Source: Chitinophagales bacterium (GTDB taxonomy: Bacteria > Bacteroidota > Bacteroidia > Chitinophagales > CAIOSU01). Taken from it: 64,000 bases of DNA. A program made the translations under genes and the position numbers. Below, piece by piece: positions 8,491-17,963 of this stretch. Location: contig JAGYJT010000002.1 in NCBI GenBank assembly GCA_018401955.1, positions 27,723 through 91,722 on the forward strand, in the 5' to 3' direction. Every line of letters begins with the position of its first letter. Within the stretch, counting starts at the first letter, position 1. The notes under the pieces were generated by a model, which searched no databases, was not told where the DNA came from, and saw only the letters and a list, made by a program, of their open reading frames with translations.

Positions 8491-9966
8491 CTACTGCTTC
8501 TCTTTCTCCGGCTTATTCAGGCCATCTAGCATATCCAAAATCAGTTCATCAATATCGCCTTTGTTGGGCAGGGCACCCATCATGCCGTACATGGCCGCGG
8601 TGCGCTTGGGTGGGCCGTCGCCACCGCCCATTTTTGCCAAGAAGTTGGTAAACTTGCTCATCCGTTCTTCGCTAAGCAACTTGCCCGCAGTTTTTACCAA
8701 ACTAACCGTTAACTGGCTAGAAAGGTTGTGCATGCTAAATTTACGCCCAGTAGCAACAGCTTCTTTCAAATCGATTATAAACTGATCAATGGCCTTTACG
8801 TTGCCCCAAGAGATGGTTAGGTGCAGGCTAGCTGGGTCTTGCTGCCTATCTATATGATAACCTTTAGCGGTAAGTTCATCGCCAATATTATAAATGGGCA
8901 ATTTATCAGAGCCAATGGCCATTACGCACATGTGCGGGTTGCCGATAATGTAGATATCGTCAATATCGGCCACGGCAGCGCGCACCTTATTGCTAGCATC
9001 CATTACATCTTTGGCTAAGCGCATATAGCCCTCTGAGCCTAGATAATTTAGCACTGCCCAAGCCGCAGCAATTGCCCCTCCGGGACGCGTACCGGCCACT
9101 GAAGGTGAGGCATAGATGCCACCCGTCCAGCCAGTATATACAAAGTACTGGTGCTTGCGCATTTCGCTGTTTTTATACAACACGCACGAGCCCCCTTTGG
9201 CGCTGTAACCATACTTATGCAGGTCCATGCTCATAGATACCACACCTGGTACACGATAATCAAATGGAGGCACAGTATAACCCAAGCGCTCAACCCACGG
9301 CAACATATAGCCACCTACGCAGGCATCTACGTGCATCCAAAGGTTATTCTTCAAGGCAATTGCTCCTAGCTCTTCGATAGGGTCAACCACCCCATGTGGG
9401 TATGCAGGTGCCGAGCCAACTATCATAATGGTATTGGCATTAATTGCTGCTTCCATAGCCTTTACATCAGCACGCATATCAACAGGGTTAACAGGTATAT
9501 GCACCATTTTTATCCCGAAATAATATGCTGCCTTATCAAACGCAGGGTGTACACTGATGGGAACAATCATTTCGGGAGCCGTAACGCCTGGTTTGGCTTT
9601 CTTGGCCCAAGAATGGGCAGCTTTAACTGCGCACAATATACTCTCGGTGCCGCCCGAGGTCATGTTGCCCACTACGTCATCATCCCCATGCATCAAATCA
9701 ATGGTAAAAGAAACCACTTCGTTTTCAAACTTACGTAAACTAGGGAAAGCTGTGGGGTTCAGTCCATTCTCATATCTGTAAGCTTCATAAGCCTTTCGGG
9801 TAACCTCACCTACTTCTTCGCCAGCATAAAATACCAGGCTGAAAGTTTTTCCATCCTTCCAAGCAGCATCGCGCTCACCAGCTTCACGTACCAAAGAGTC
9901 AATCTTTTCGGCGCTTTGGCCTTGTTCAGGAAATTTAAAACGGGGTCGGATTTCTTTTTTTGCCAT
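8491..9966 (-). CDS. PLP-dependent group II decarboxylase-fold enzyme, sphingosine-1-phosphate lyase-like
   Basis: MTSGGTESI, HPAFDKAA, HVDACVGG, DLHKYG (PLP Lys), C-terminal AAMYG; ATG at 9966. Confidence 0.88.
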   Translation of the reverse strand: MAKKEIRPRFKFPEQGQSAEKIDSLVREAGERDAAWKDGKTFSLVFYAGEEVGEVTRKAYEAYRYENGLNPTAFPSLRKFENEVVSFTIDLMHGDDDVVGNMTSGGTESILCAVKAAHSWAKKAKPGVTAPEMIVPISVHPAFDKAAYYFGIKMVHIPVNPVDMRADVKAMEAAINANTIMIVGSAPAYPHGVVDPIEELGAIALKNNLWMHVDACVGGYMLPWVERLGYTVPPFDYRVPGVVSMSMDLHKYGYSAKGGSCVLYKNSEMRKHQYFVYTGWTGGIYASPSVAGTRPGGAIAAAWAVLNYLGSEGYMRLAKDVMDASNKVRAAVADIDDIYIIGNPHMCVMAIGSDKLPIYNIGDELTAKGYHIDRQQDPASLHLTISWGNVKAIDQFIIDLKEAVATGRKFSMHNLSSQLTVSLVKTAGKLLSEERMSKFTNFLAKMGGGDGPPKRTAAMYGMMGALPNKGDIDELILDMLDGLNKPEKEKQ

Positions 9967-10073
9967 TGCGCGGGGGGAATTCAAAATTGAAAATTCAAAA
10001 TTTAAAATTGTGCTGTTACTAAAATACTGCGGATATTTCAAACAGCTTCAGTCTTGTGTCTTGTGTCTATTTT

Positions 10074-11525
10074 TCAAACAAAAAACTTCTCATAAAATCG
10101 CATAGCGTTGCCGCTAAAGATTTTCTCCACCAGTTCTTCAGGTGTATAACCATACCAAAGTTCTTTATGAAAATTGTGTTTGTGCAAGTATTCAATCAAA
10201 TCACTTCGTAAAATAGGCATTTTAGCAGACGTATCATATGGGTCAACATGCGTAATGGTACCGTCATAATCAGTACCGATAGTTACCACGTCCCAACCGC
10301 TCTTTTCTTCAACTGCCTTCACTACTTGAAACATGTTCATCCAAATCATTTTGGTAAACTCTTCGCGTTGCTTGGCCGGGTCGGTAATTTTGGCAATGCG
10401 CTTTACCAGCTCAATGCTGCCCAAATTACCTTTATCCATCATTATACCAATCAGTCCTTCAGACTCATGGATAATGCGGATTTCTTCGTTACAAACGTTG
10501 ATGCTCCATTTATGAAAATGCCCCTTGGCACTTTTCTTTTGATTATCATTGGTGCGGATAGATGAAGCGAGGTCTTTATAACCATTTACCCCGCCATGAC
10601 TACATATTACCGGTATTTTATCATTAGGGTTGAGGTAATTGTAGTTTCTGATGAAGCCATAATACTCCATTCGCGAAGCTACACTCATGTGCTTGGTATC
10701 AATCAATATGCGCTTGCCGTTTTCGCGGCTCAAAAGCTCCCTAAGCACATGCCGACCAAGTTCGGTTAGGCCTTTATCTTTTCCTTTGTTTTGATTGATG
10801 ATGCCGTTTAACGCCCCTTTTAAACTAGTGGCATGGCCGCCTAATTGGTTCCAGAAATGGTGTGCCAAGTTAACGGTAAATGGTGGGTGCTCCCACTGCT
10901 TTACTTTGCGGATGTTCTCGCTCAACAAGGCTTTCATCTCCTCAACCGACTTCTTCTCAGTAGCTTTTACACCGCAACCAAATGCGTGGGCACCTTCAAT
11001 ACTTAGTATTATGGCAATGGTATTAGGCTCGTGGGCTACCACTTGCTCTAGCTCTTTGTAGTTGTTCACTATTTTATAAGCCAATTTACCATCCGGAGAA
11101 ACCCCTTGACCATTGGCTACATACTCATATTCCTTCTGCAAATCATCAAAGTAGCGATCATCGGTGTTGCGCAGGTATTTGATACGCTTGGGGTCCATGC
11201 CAGTTATCAACGAAATCATCTGTTCGCTGGCATTTTTGCTTATCATTAAGCTAGGCACATCACGAATTCGCAAAAAACCATGCTCCATTGGATATAGCGA
11301 TAGGTTAATAACGCGCACTTGCCCTTCGCTTAGCGCATATAAATTGCATTGCGAGTGTTTTAAAATTTGGGCACTATTCTTACGAATCATCCTTAAAAAG
11401 CCTGTATTGGCCTCACTGTGGTCAATACACTCCCATAGGTCGCAAGTAGGTTCTGGATGTCCGGAATGGAAAGATTTAAGATTAGGGTGGCAATGAAGAT
11501 CCACCATAAACGGTTTAATGCTCAT
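10074..11525 (-). CDS. Amidohydrolase-superfamily membrane-dipeptidase-like protein (peptidase M19)
   Basis: DLHCH, SIEGAH, IDTKHMS, CSHGG, IGTDYDG, GNAMRF motifs. Confidence 0.85.
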   Translation of the reverse strand: MSIKPFMVDLHCHPNLKSFHSGHPEPTCDLWECIDHSEANTGFLRMIRKNSAQILKHSQCNLYALSEGQVRVINLSLYPMEHGFLRIRDVPSLMISKNASEQMISLITGMDPKRIKYLRNTDDRYFDDLQKEYEYVANGQGVSPDGKLAYKIVNNYKELEQVVAHEPNTIAIILSIEGAHAFGCGVKATEKKSVEEMKALLSENIRKVKQWEHPPFTVNLAHHFWNQLGGHATSLKGALNGIINQNKGKDKGLTELGRHVLRELLSRENGKRILIDTKHMSVASRMEYYGFIRNYNYLNPNDKIPVICSHGGVNGYKDLASSIRTNDNQKKSAKGHFHKWSINVCNEEIRIIHESEGLIGIMMDKGNLGSIELVKRIAKITDPAKQREEFTKMIWMNMFQVVKAVEEKSGWDVVTIGTDYDGTITHVDPYDTSAKMPILRSDLIEYLHKHNFHKELWYGYTPEELVEKIFSGNAMRFYEKFFV

Positions 11526-11634
11526 CAAATTCAGGGTTTCAATGTAAAAGTAGCGTGTGCTTGTTAAACGCTAATATAAACGCTAGGGTTGCATGGTGCA
11601 ACTATAAATCGGGTAAATAATCGAAAGTATGGAC

Positions 11635-11835
11635 AAAAAAAATCCGGCGAAGGAACCACTCTTCGCCGGCATTACACAACTAACTAACCAACTATAACTT
11701 ATTATACTGTAAATGATAAAATTGGTTGCCCCTTTTCGCTGCTATCTACAAGGTATTTTTCTGCTTCGCACACATCGTCACACCTTACTATTTAAACAAG
11801 AGGCAACCATTTACCATTATTTGTCAGAACTATCT
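11635..11835 (-). ncRNA. Candidate structured sRNA A
   Basis: TATCTTTG promoter at 11841-11848, hairpin 11712-11818, terminator 11635-11670, no ORF over about 10 aa seen; ends approximate. Confidence 0.6.
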
Positions 11836-11877
11836 ACATTCAAAGATACGTAGCCAGAAAACTATAGTTTATTTTTT

Positions 11878-11906
11878 TCGTTAAACTATCAATTTCTATC
11901 GGTGAA
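11878..11906 (-). promoter_or_regulatory. 21-bp-period direct-repeat operator (LytTR-like) upstream of sRNA A
   Basis: TTCACCGA-N13-TTTAACGA, 29 bp upstream of the TAnnTTTG element. Confidence 0.6.
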
Positions 11907-11981
11907 TGAATGCAAATGTTTGATAGGCGCTTAACATTATCTTTTCATTAGGCATTTACCACTCGTACTTCATGTTTTGGC

Positions 11982-12211
11982 AAAAAAAATCCGGCGAAGG
12001 AACCACTCTCCGCCGGCATTACACAACTAACTAACCAACTATATCTTAATAACGCACAAACTTCAAAAATGTTTTACAACCAAAAGGTTTCCGCCCCTCA
12101 TTCTTCACTTTTTTAAGTATGTCCAATATTATTCGTTCACACACCAACATCCATACCTATCAATCATCGCTATATGGGGCGGCACCTGTTCGGTTGTTTC
12201 CCTATAAATAA
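11982..12211 (-). ncRNA. Candidate structured sRNA B (paralog of A)
   Basis: TATATTTG promoter at 12217-12224, hairpin 12076-12197, terminator 11982-12017; ends approximate. Confidence 0.6.
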
Positions 12212-12254
12212 CGATACAAATATACTACGTCAACGCAGTGGTTATCAACTCTTT

Positions 12255-12283
12255 TCGTTCAATTTCACATGTATATCGGTGAA
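12255..12283 (-). promoter_or_regulatory. 21-bp-period direct-repeat operator (LytTR-like) upstream of sRNA B
   Basis: TTCACCGA-N13-TTGAACGA, 30 bp upstream of the TAnnTTTG element. Confidence 0.6.
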
Positions 12284-12312
12284 CGGAAATAAATTGCAGA
12301 TAAAGGTGAAAA

Positions 12313-15300
12313 TTAATATTTAACGATACGCTTTATTGCGTGGCCTGATGTACCAACAAACCGAATTTGGTAAACACCTCCAGGCAAGCCGGATAAATCA
12401 ATGGTACCTTGCTGTTGGGTAACTGTTTCAGTTAACACCAAACGGCCATCGCTGCCGTATAATTGCATTTTCCCGTTAGTGGCATCAATAACATAACTTA
12501 TAATATTACTGGTTGGGTTTGGCCAAAGCTGCCATGTAACTTCAATAACTTTATTGATGCCAACACCTGTTACTTGTACCGTATTTGAAGTGAAGGTACA
12601 TCCATTACCATCGGTTACTATTACGCTGTAGCTGCCATTGGCCAGCAAACCATAACTGGTATCGGTAGCATTGGCAATGGTATTACCACCAAACAACCAC
12701 TGATAGTCTGCACCCAAATCGTTAACATAAAGTGTATCGCCAACCTGGGTAACAACCGGATTGATACTTTGCAACGTATTGATTGTAATTGGGTTGCTGG
12801 CATATACGGCCTCACAGCCAGCATTATCTTTTACCAGCACATTGTACACACCACCACCACCAACATTAAACAAACTCACGCCGTTTTGGAAAGTTGCCCC
12901 ACTGTCAATAGAATATAATATTGGGTTTTGCCCACCGCTAATGTTTACAGTAATGGTGCCATTATCGCCTGGGCAGTTGGGTTGTACCACTGCTACATTG
13001 GTAATGGCAAAACCTGCGCAACCATTTGCAGGCTGGGTTACCGCCTCGCAAATAGTAGCGGTACAGTTGCTTGCATCGGTAACGGTTACACAATAAGTAC
13101 CCGCACCCAAGTTGGTAAGGTCTTCATTAGTGGCGCCTGTGTTCCATACATATATATATGGCAAGATTCCACCTGTTGCTGTTAAGTTAATGCTGCCATC
13201 GTTGCCGCCAAACTGACTTACATTTACAATAGTAGTAGACAGCGCTATTGCGCAGCCAGGTTGCGTAACATTGGCACAACCAGTAGCGGTGCAAGCATTG
13301 CCATTGGTAACGGTTACACAATACTGACCGGCAGCAAGGCCACTAAGGTCTTCGGTATTTGCGCCATTGCTCCATTGATAATTGTAAGGTGGAGTATTGT
13401 TGCTAACCGTAAGGTCTATTGACCCATCAGCAGCCCCAGCAACCGATGTTGGGGTGGTATTAAAACTTAAACCAATAACTGCGGGTTGGGTAAGTGTATA
13501 TGGATTGGCGGGGGCACTGGTAGTACAACCGGCTGCATCGCGCACGCTTACTGTATAACTTCCGGCAGCAAGGCCCGTTATTGGGCTTGAGTTAACCCAA
13601 GTACTACCGCCATTTACTGAATATTCTACCGCACCAGTGGCACCTGTAACAGTAATAGTAATGCTGCCTGTATTGCCAGTGCTGCACAACGGACTGTTGG
13701 CTATTACACTGGTTATCGCCAAGTTGCAAGTAGGTTGTGTTACGTTTCCACAACCAGTAATGGTACAACCTGAAGCATCGGTTACTGTTACGCAATACTG
13801 ACCGCTTGATAAGTTATTTAGGTCCTCAGTACTTTGGCCTTGACTCCAAATAAAACTAAGAGGGGCGCTACCACCAGTTACAGTTAAGTTAATAGCTCCA
13901 TCGGCACCTCCAACAGTACTAACTGGGGTAACAGCAAAATTCAAACTCATAACTTGCGGTGCGGCAATTACCTGCGGGTTAGCAGTAGCACTTGCATTAC
14001 AACCAGCTGCATCGCGAACTTGCACGGTATAATTGCCGGGTGCTAAGCTTGTAAAGCTATTGCTAGCTTGCCAAGTACTTCCACCATTTACAGAATATTC
14101 AACTGCACCATTAGCGCCGGTGGTTGTTATCGTAAAACTGCCATTATCTACACCTGCACAAGTAGCATTAACTTTTCCTACCGAGGTTACTGCCAAAGCA
14201 CAGCTTGGATTGGCAAGCTGCACAATAGCGGTTGCATTGCAGCCATTATCATCGGTAACAGTTACACCATAATTGCCAGCGGAAAGACCAGTAATGGTAT
14301 CCCCTGTTGCATTTACAGGTGTGCCGCCACTCCAAGTAAACGTGTATGGTGCGGTACCGCCTGATGGCGTTGCCCAAGCCTTGCCATCGCTGCCCCCAAT
14401 GGTGGTTGGGTTGATGGTGCTTGTGGTAACAACTAGTGCCGATGGTTGGGCAATTACTGCTGGGTTGCTAGCATAGGTTATATTACAGCCATTGGCATCT
14501 TGAACCGTGATAGGGTAATTACCTGCTGGTAAACCGGTAAAGGTATTGCTGCTTTGAAAGCTGGAGCCACCACCTTGCAACACTTCAACATTATCAACTG
14601 CCACCCAATATGCGCTACAAGTATTGTAGCCACATGAGCTGTTAATGTACAATAGCATATCGCTTTTGTCAGCTAAAGTTGCGTTGCTGATATCAAATAC
14701 AACTTCAATTGCCTCGCAAGTTCGGGATTGGGTAAATGCCAATTGATTTGTAGCAACTCCATTAACGGTAACAGGGACAATAGAAGTATTTTTATAACCA
14801 TTGTTGATCCAAATACTAAATGTGATTTTATCATTCGGGCGACCCACATTATAAGAATGAGAAACGTCAAATTTTAATGACACCGTATTTAATCCCGATG
14901 CATCAGCTTGAGGAGTTCTAAGAAAACACCCTGAAAATCCTGTAGTTGTAGACCCTGGATAATAAGCACTACCATCCGGGCAGCCACCAGTAGCTTGATA
15001 ATCGAACCACTTGCCACCTGTGCATGAATTTGGAGAATAATACGCCGCAGTTGATGTATTGGAATTATTGATTACGTCCGAATCGAAACCCTGAGTTACC
15101 ACTAATGCTGGCCCTGTTGAACCTCCATTACTATAAGTAAACGGGCCAGTACCACCCGAAATATTAACCGTAAGTGAACCATCGCTGCCACCGTTGCACG
15201 ATACTGGGGTTGTGGTTACCCCGGTTATGGCTAGAGTACCGCATTGGCTATAAGCATCAATTGCAAAAACTGCAATTAGCAGCGTAATTAAAAGCGTAAA

Positions 15301-15318
15301 TTGTTGAAATTGTGGCAT
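12313..15318 (-). CDS. T9SS type A sorting-domain surface protein with SprB-type repeats
   Basis: Signal peptide; repeated GG..PY.Y.WS and L.AG.Y.VTVTD.NGC units; C-terminal WPNP...GVY...KRIVK. Confidence 0.92.
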   Translation of the reverse strand: MPQFQQFTLLITLLIAVFAIDAYSQCGTLAITGVTTTPVSCNGGSDGSLTVNISGGTGPFTYSNGGSTGPALVVTQGFDSDVINNSNTSTAAYYSPNSCTGGKWFDYQATGGCPDGSAYYPGSTTTGFSGCFLRTPQADASGLNTVSLKFDVSHSYNVGRPNDKITFSIWINNGYKNTSIVPVTVNGVATNQLAFTQSRTCEAIEVVFDISNATLADKSDMLLYINSSCGYNTCSAYWVAVDNVEVLQGGGSSFQSSNTFTGLPAGNYPITVQDANGCNITYASNPAVIAQPSALVVTTSTINPTTIGGSDGKAWATPSGGTAPYTFTWSGGTPVNATGDTITGLSAGNYGVTVTDDNGCNATAIVQLANPSCALAVTSVGKVNATCAGVDNGSFTITTTGANGAVEYSVNGGSTWQASNSFTSLAPGNYTVQVRDAAGCNASATANPQVIAAPQVMSLNFAVTPVSTVGGADGAINLTVTGGSAPLSFIWSQGQSTEDLNNLSSGQYCVTVTDASGCTITGCGNVTQPTCNLAITSVIANSPLCSTGNTGSITITVTGATGAVEYSVNGGSTWVNSSPITGLAAGSYTVSVRDAAGCTTSAPANPYTLTQPAVIGLSFNTTPTSVAGAADGSIDLTVSNNTPPYNYQWSNGANTEDLSGLAAGQYCVTVTNGNACTATGCANVTQPGCAIALSTTIVNVSQFGGNDGSINLTATGGILPYIYVWNTGATNEDLTNLGAGTYCVTVTDASNCTATICEAVTQPANGCAGFAITNVAVVQPNCPGDNGTITVNISGGQNPILYSIDSGATFQNGVSLFNVGGGGVYNVLVKDNAGCEAVYASNPITINTLQSINPVVTQVGDTLYVNDLGADYQWLFGGNTIANATDTSYGLLANGSYSVIVTDGNGCTFTSNTVQVTGVGINKVIEVTWQLWPNPTSNIISYVIDATNGKMQLYGSDGRLVLTETVTQQQGTIDLSGLPGGVYQIRFVGTSGHAIKRIVKY

Positions 15319-15403
15319 GGCTCTAATTTTGTGCAAAGTTATGTCAAAATAGAGTGTTTACAATGCCTTAACGTTGCACAAAACTGGGATTTTATACCAA
15401 ACT

Positions 15404-16819
15404 CTACTCGCCATTGGGTACCTTTAAATCGTTTTCATGGAAAGATTTAGTCCAACGTACCTTTCCGCTAGCATCAATGGCCTCAAAGGTTAGGGTGCGG
15501 TCGTTCTCTAAAAAAGAACCCGTAATACTGGCTTTTATAAAGTTTTGTTCCGTCAGCAGCGTGCTATCCACTCTAGCGGGGTTATAAAACTCTTTATAAT
15601 CGGCTATGGTAGCAAATGGCCTTGAGGTTAATGGCGAAGAGGTAACGTCGTGCAAACGATAAAACTCTTTACTCGGCTGAAAAAAGTTCATTTCCGTCAT
15701 ATGCCTATCACCGCTTAAAAACACTACCCCTTCAATACGGTGTTGCACAATAAACTCCATCAGCTCTTCCCACTCGTTGGTAAAGTGCCTAAAGCATTCA
15801 AAGTCGTTTACGGGGTTTAGCACCTGGTTGCCCACCACAATAAATCTGAAATTCACGTTTCGGTTAGAGGCCATCAAACCCTCCTTGAGCCATTGCATTT
15901 GGCGCTTGCCCAAAAACTCTTTATCACTATGCTTGTCAGGGTACCTATTAGGGCTGCGGTGATAACGATCATCAAGTAGAAAGAACTCTGCATCGGCCAT
16001 TTGTATTTTACTATATACACCAGCATTACCTGCCTCGCCATAGGTTTTGTTGGCCCAATACTGTTTAAACAGCATTAGGCTCTGTTGTTTTAAGTCAAAA
16101 GTCTTGTCTGCGTCATTTGCACCAAAATCATGGTCATCCCAAATGGCATAATGGCTCATGGCAGCTAAAAACGGTTGCAATACTGGTTGGCTGCGTGTAT
16201 GCCTGTTACGGTAAGCCATGCCACTGGCCGAGCTATAGTCGGCAGGGCGGTAATAAGTATTGTCTCCCAGCCAGAGCATAAAATCAGCGGGCTGTTGGGT
16301 CATGGTTTCAAATATTTTGGTATCCTGTCCGTAAGCCGCTCCTGCCCTATCGTACAAGCTGTCGTTCACATAATTGCAAGAGCCAAAAAGGAAAGTAAGG
16401 TCTGGCGCATCGGTAAGATACTCCCACAATACCCTTGTTTTAAACTGAGTGGGGTATGGAAACTCTTGTCTTACCTCATCAAAGTATATGTCGTATTGGT
16501 AGGTGCTGTTTACCTGCAGCTCTTGCAAGGTAAAATGGTACACGTTACTTACGGCACTCGGCTCTGTTATTCTATCGGCCCAGCGTGCCAATGCCGGGGA
16601 GTCTATCGGGTAATAATTGATTCCAACATTTTGCACGCCGGTTAGCACTTCCAACCAAACCATCGCCTCCCTGTGCTCAACGTACCCTAGCATGGGGCCT
16701 GCCACCAATTGCTCTTCAGTGTATATATCCTCCGCTTCAGTTTGGGTATTTACTTGTTTTTGCTGGCATCCAACCAAAAAAAATACGCCCCCTAGTATCA
16801 GTATTATCCAGTGTTTCAT
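15404..16819 (-). CDS. phoD: Alkaline phosphatase D family lipoprotein
   Basis: FGSC, LGDNTY, IWDDHD, LDDRYHR, SGDRH motifs; lipobox LVGC. Confidence 0.9.
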   Translation of the reverse strand: MKHWIILILGGVFFLVGCQQKQVNTQTEAEDIYTEEQLVAGPMLGYVEHREAMVWLEVLTGVQNVGINYYPIDSPALARWADRITEPSAVSNVYHFTLQELQVNSTYQYDIYFDEVRQEFPYPTQFKTRVLWEYLTDAPDLTFLFGSCNYVNDSLYDRAGAAYGQDTKIFETMTQQPADFMLWLGDNTYYRPADYSSASGMAYRNRHTRSQPVLQPFLAAMSHYAIWDDHDFGANDADKTFDLKQQSLMLFKQYWANKTYGEAGNAGVYSKIQMADAEFFLLDDRYHRSPNRYPDKHSDKEFLGKRQMQWLKEGLMASNRNVNFRFIVVGNQVLNPVNDFECFRHFTNEWEELMEFIVQHRIEGVVFLSGDRHMTEMNFFQPSKEFYRLHDVTSSPLTSRPFATIADYKEFYNPARVDSTLLTEQNFIKASITGSFLENDRTLTFEAIDASGKVRWTKSFHENDLKVPNGE

Positions 16820-16927
16820 GTAGCTAACGTTGTTGTGCACGCATAAATATAGCCCATTTGTATAAACCCAATATTAACACTGATTTTTTATTGAACTTTT
16901 ACTTTCAAAGTTTTGTCTTAATATTGC

Positions 16928-16949
16928 AATCAATGTTACAACATCAATT
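16928..16949. promoter_or_regulatory. Palindromic operator upstream of pirin
   Basis: AATCAATGTTACAACATCAATT; 21/22 match to reverse complement of 30007-30028. Confidence 0.7.
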
Positions 16950-16973
16950 AACAAAAAGTAAGGAGAACAAATT

Positions 16974-17687
16974 ATGAAAACCGTATTCCACTCAGCCGAT
17001 ACCCGTGGTCATGCTAATCACGGATGGCTCAATGCCAACCATAGTTTTAGCTTTGCCTCATGGTACAACCCTGAGCGAGTACACTTTGGTGCCCTTAGGG
17101 TACTAAACGACGACATTGTGGCCCCGAGCATGGGTTTTGGCAAACATCCCCACGACAATATGGAGATTATTACCATACCCATGGAAGGAATATTGCGCCA
17201 CCAAGATAGCATGGGCAATAGCAGTGAAATTTTGCCAGGCGAAGTGCAGGTAATGAGCGCTGGCACTGGCATACAGCACAGTGAGTTTAACGTGGACAAA
17301 GCCAACGAATTGAAGTTGTTCCAAATTTGGGTTTTCCCTCGTGAGAAAGGCGTAACCCCAAGATACGACCAACAGAAATTTAGCCCAGAAGGCCGCCACA
17401 ACCAATGGCAACAAATAGTATCGCCAAACCCTGATGATGAGGGAACTTGGATACACCAGGATGCTTGGTTCCATTTAGCGGATTTGGATGCTGGCACCAC
17501 GCTGGACTATACCGTGCGTAAACCAGGCAATGGCATGTACATCTTCTTAATTGAAGGTGAAGCCACTGCTGCAGACCAAACCCTAGGCCGTCGCGATGCA
17601 GTGGGCATAACCGATACCGATAAAGCAAGCATTACCGCTGCCAAAGACAGTAAAGTACTTTTAATGGAAGTACCACTGGAGTGGTAA
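16974..17687 (+). CDS. Pirin family protein (YhhW-like)
   Basis: FGALRVLNDD, HPHDNMEI, MSAGTGIQHSE. Confidence 0.95.
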   Translation: MKTVFHSADTRGHANHGWLNANHSFSFASWYNPERVHFGALRVLNDDIVAPSMGFGKHPHDNMEIITIPMEGILRHQDSMGNSSEILPGEVQVMSAGTGIQHSEFNVDKANELKLFQIWVFPREKGVTPRYDQQKFSPEGRHNQWQQIVSPNPDDEGTWIHQDAWFHLADLDAGTTLDYTVRKPGNGMYIFLIEGEATAADQTLGRRDAVGITDTDKASITAAKDSKVLLMEVPLEW

Positions 17688-17834
17688 TGAGTCCCCGGTC
17701 GACCGTAATAAGTTGACAGCATAATAAGTTGGTTGTGAAAATGAATGGCAGGGGGAAAAACAGGCATCACAACCCCCATGAAATAACGATTCCTGCACGA
17801 CAAAACTATGTTGCGCAGCAGCTGGCTAGTTGGT

Positions 17835-17865
17835 AGCCGAGTGCCTAAGGGTGCTCGGCTTTTTT
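17835..17865 (+). terminator. Intrinsic terminator
   Basis: AGCCGAGTGCC-loop-GGTGCTCGGCT-TTTTT. Confidence 0.85.
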
Positions 17866-17963
17866 ACGTGGTAAGTTAAACTTGTTGCAAGCCCGCATGA
17901 AAATATTAGCACCGTTAGCTTTGTAACAAAAATTACTATCTTAGAGCGTCCCAAAATCACCAC

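Larger units (their letters stand above)
11634..12043. repeat. 63-bp direct repeat (11634-11696 and 11981-12043, one mismatch) containing a minus-strand terminator
   Basis: Direct alignment of the two copies. Confidence 0.97.

Noticed and set aside
11634-12043. 63-bp repeat as a CRISPR array or retron ncRNA
   Set aside because: Only two copies 347 bp apart, the repeat is a terminator module, and there is no cas or reverse transcriptase gene in the window
11697-12200. Mini-ORFs inside the sRNA units (MVASCLNSKV, MCAKQKNTL, MIDRYGCWCVNE)
   Set aside because: Not conserved between the two units, whereas base pairing is
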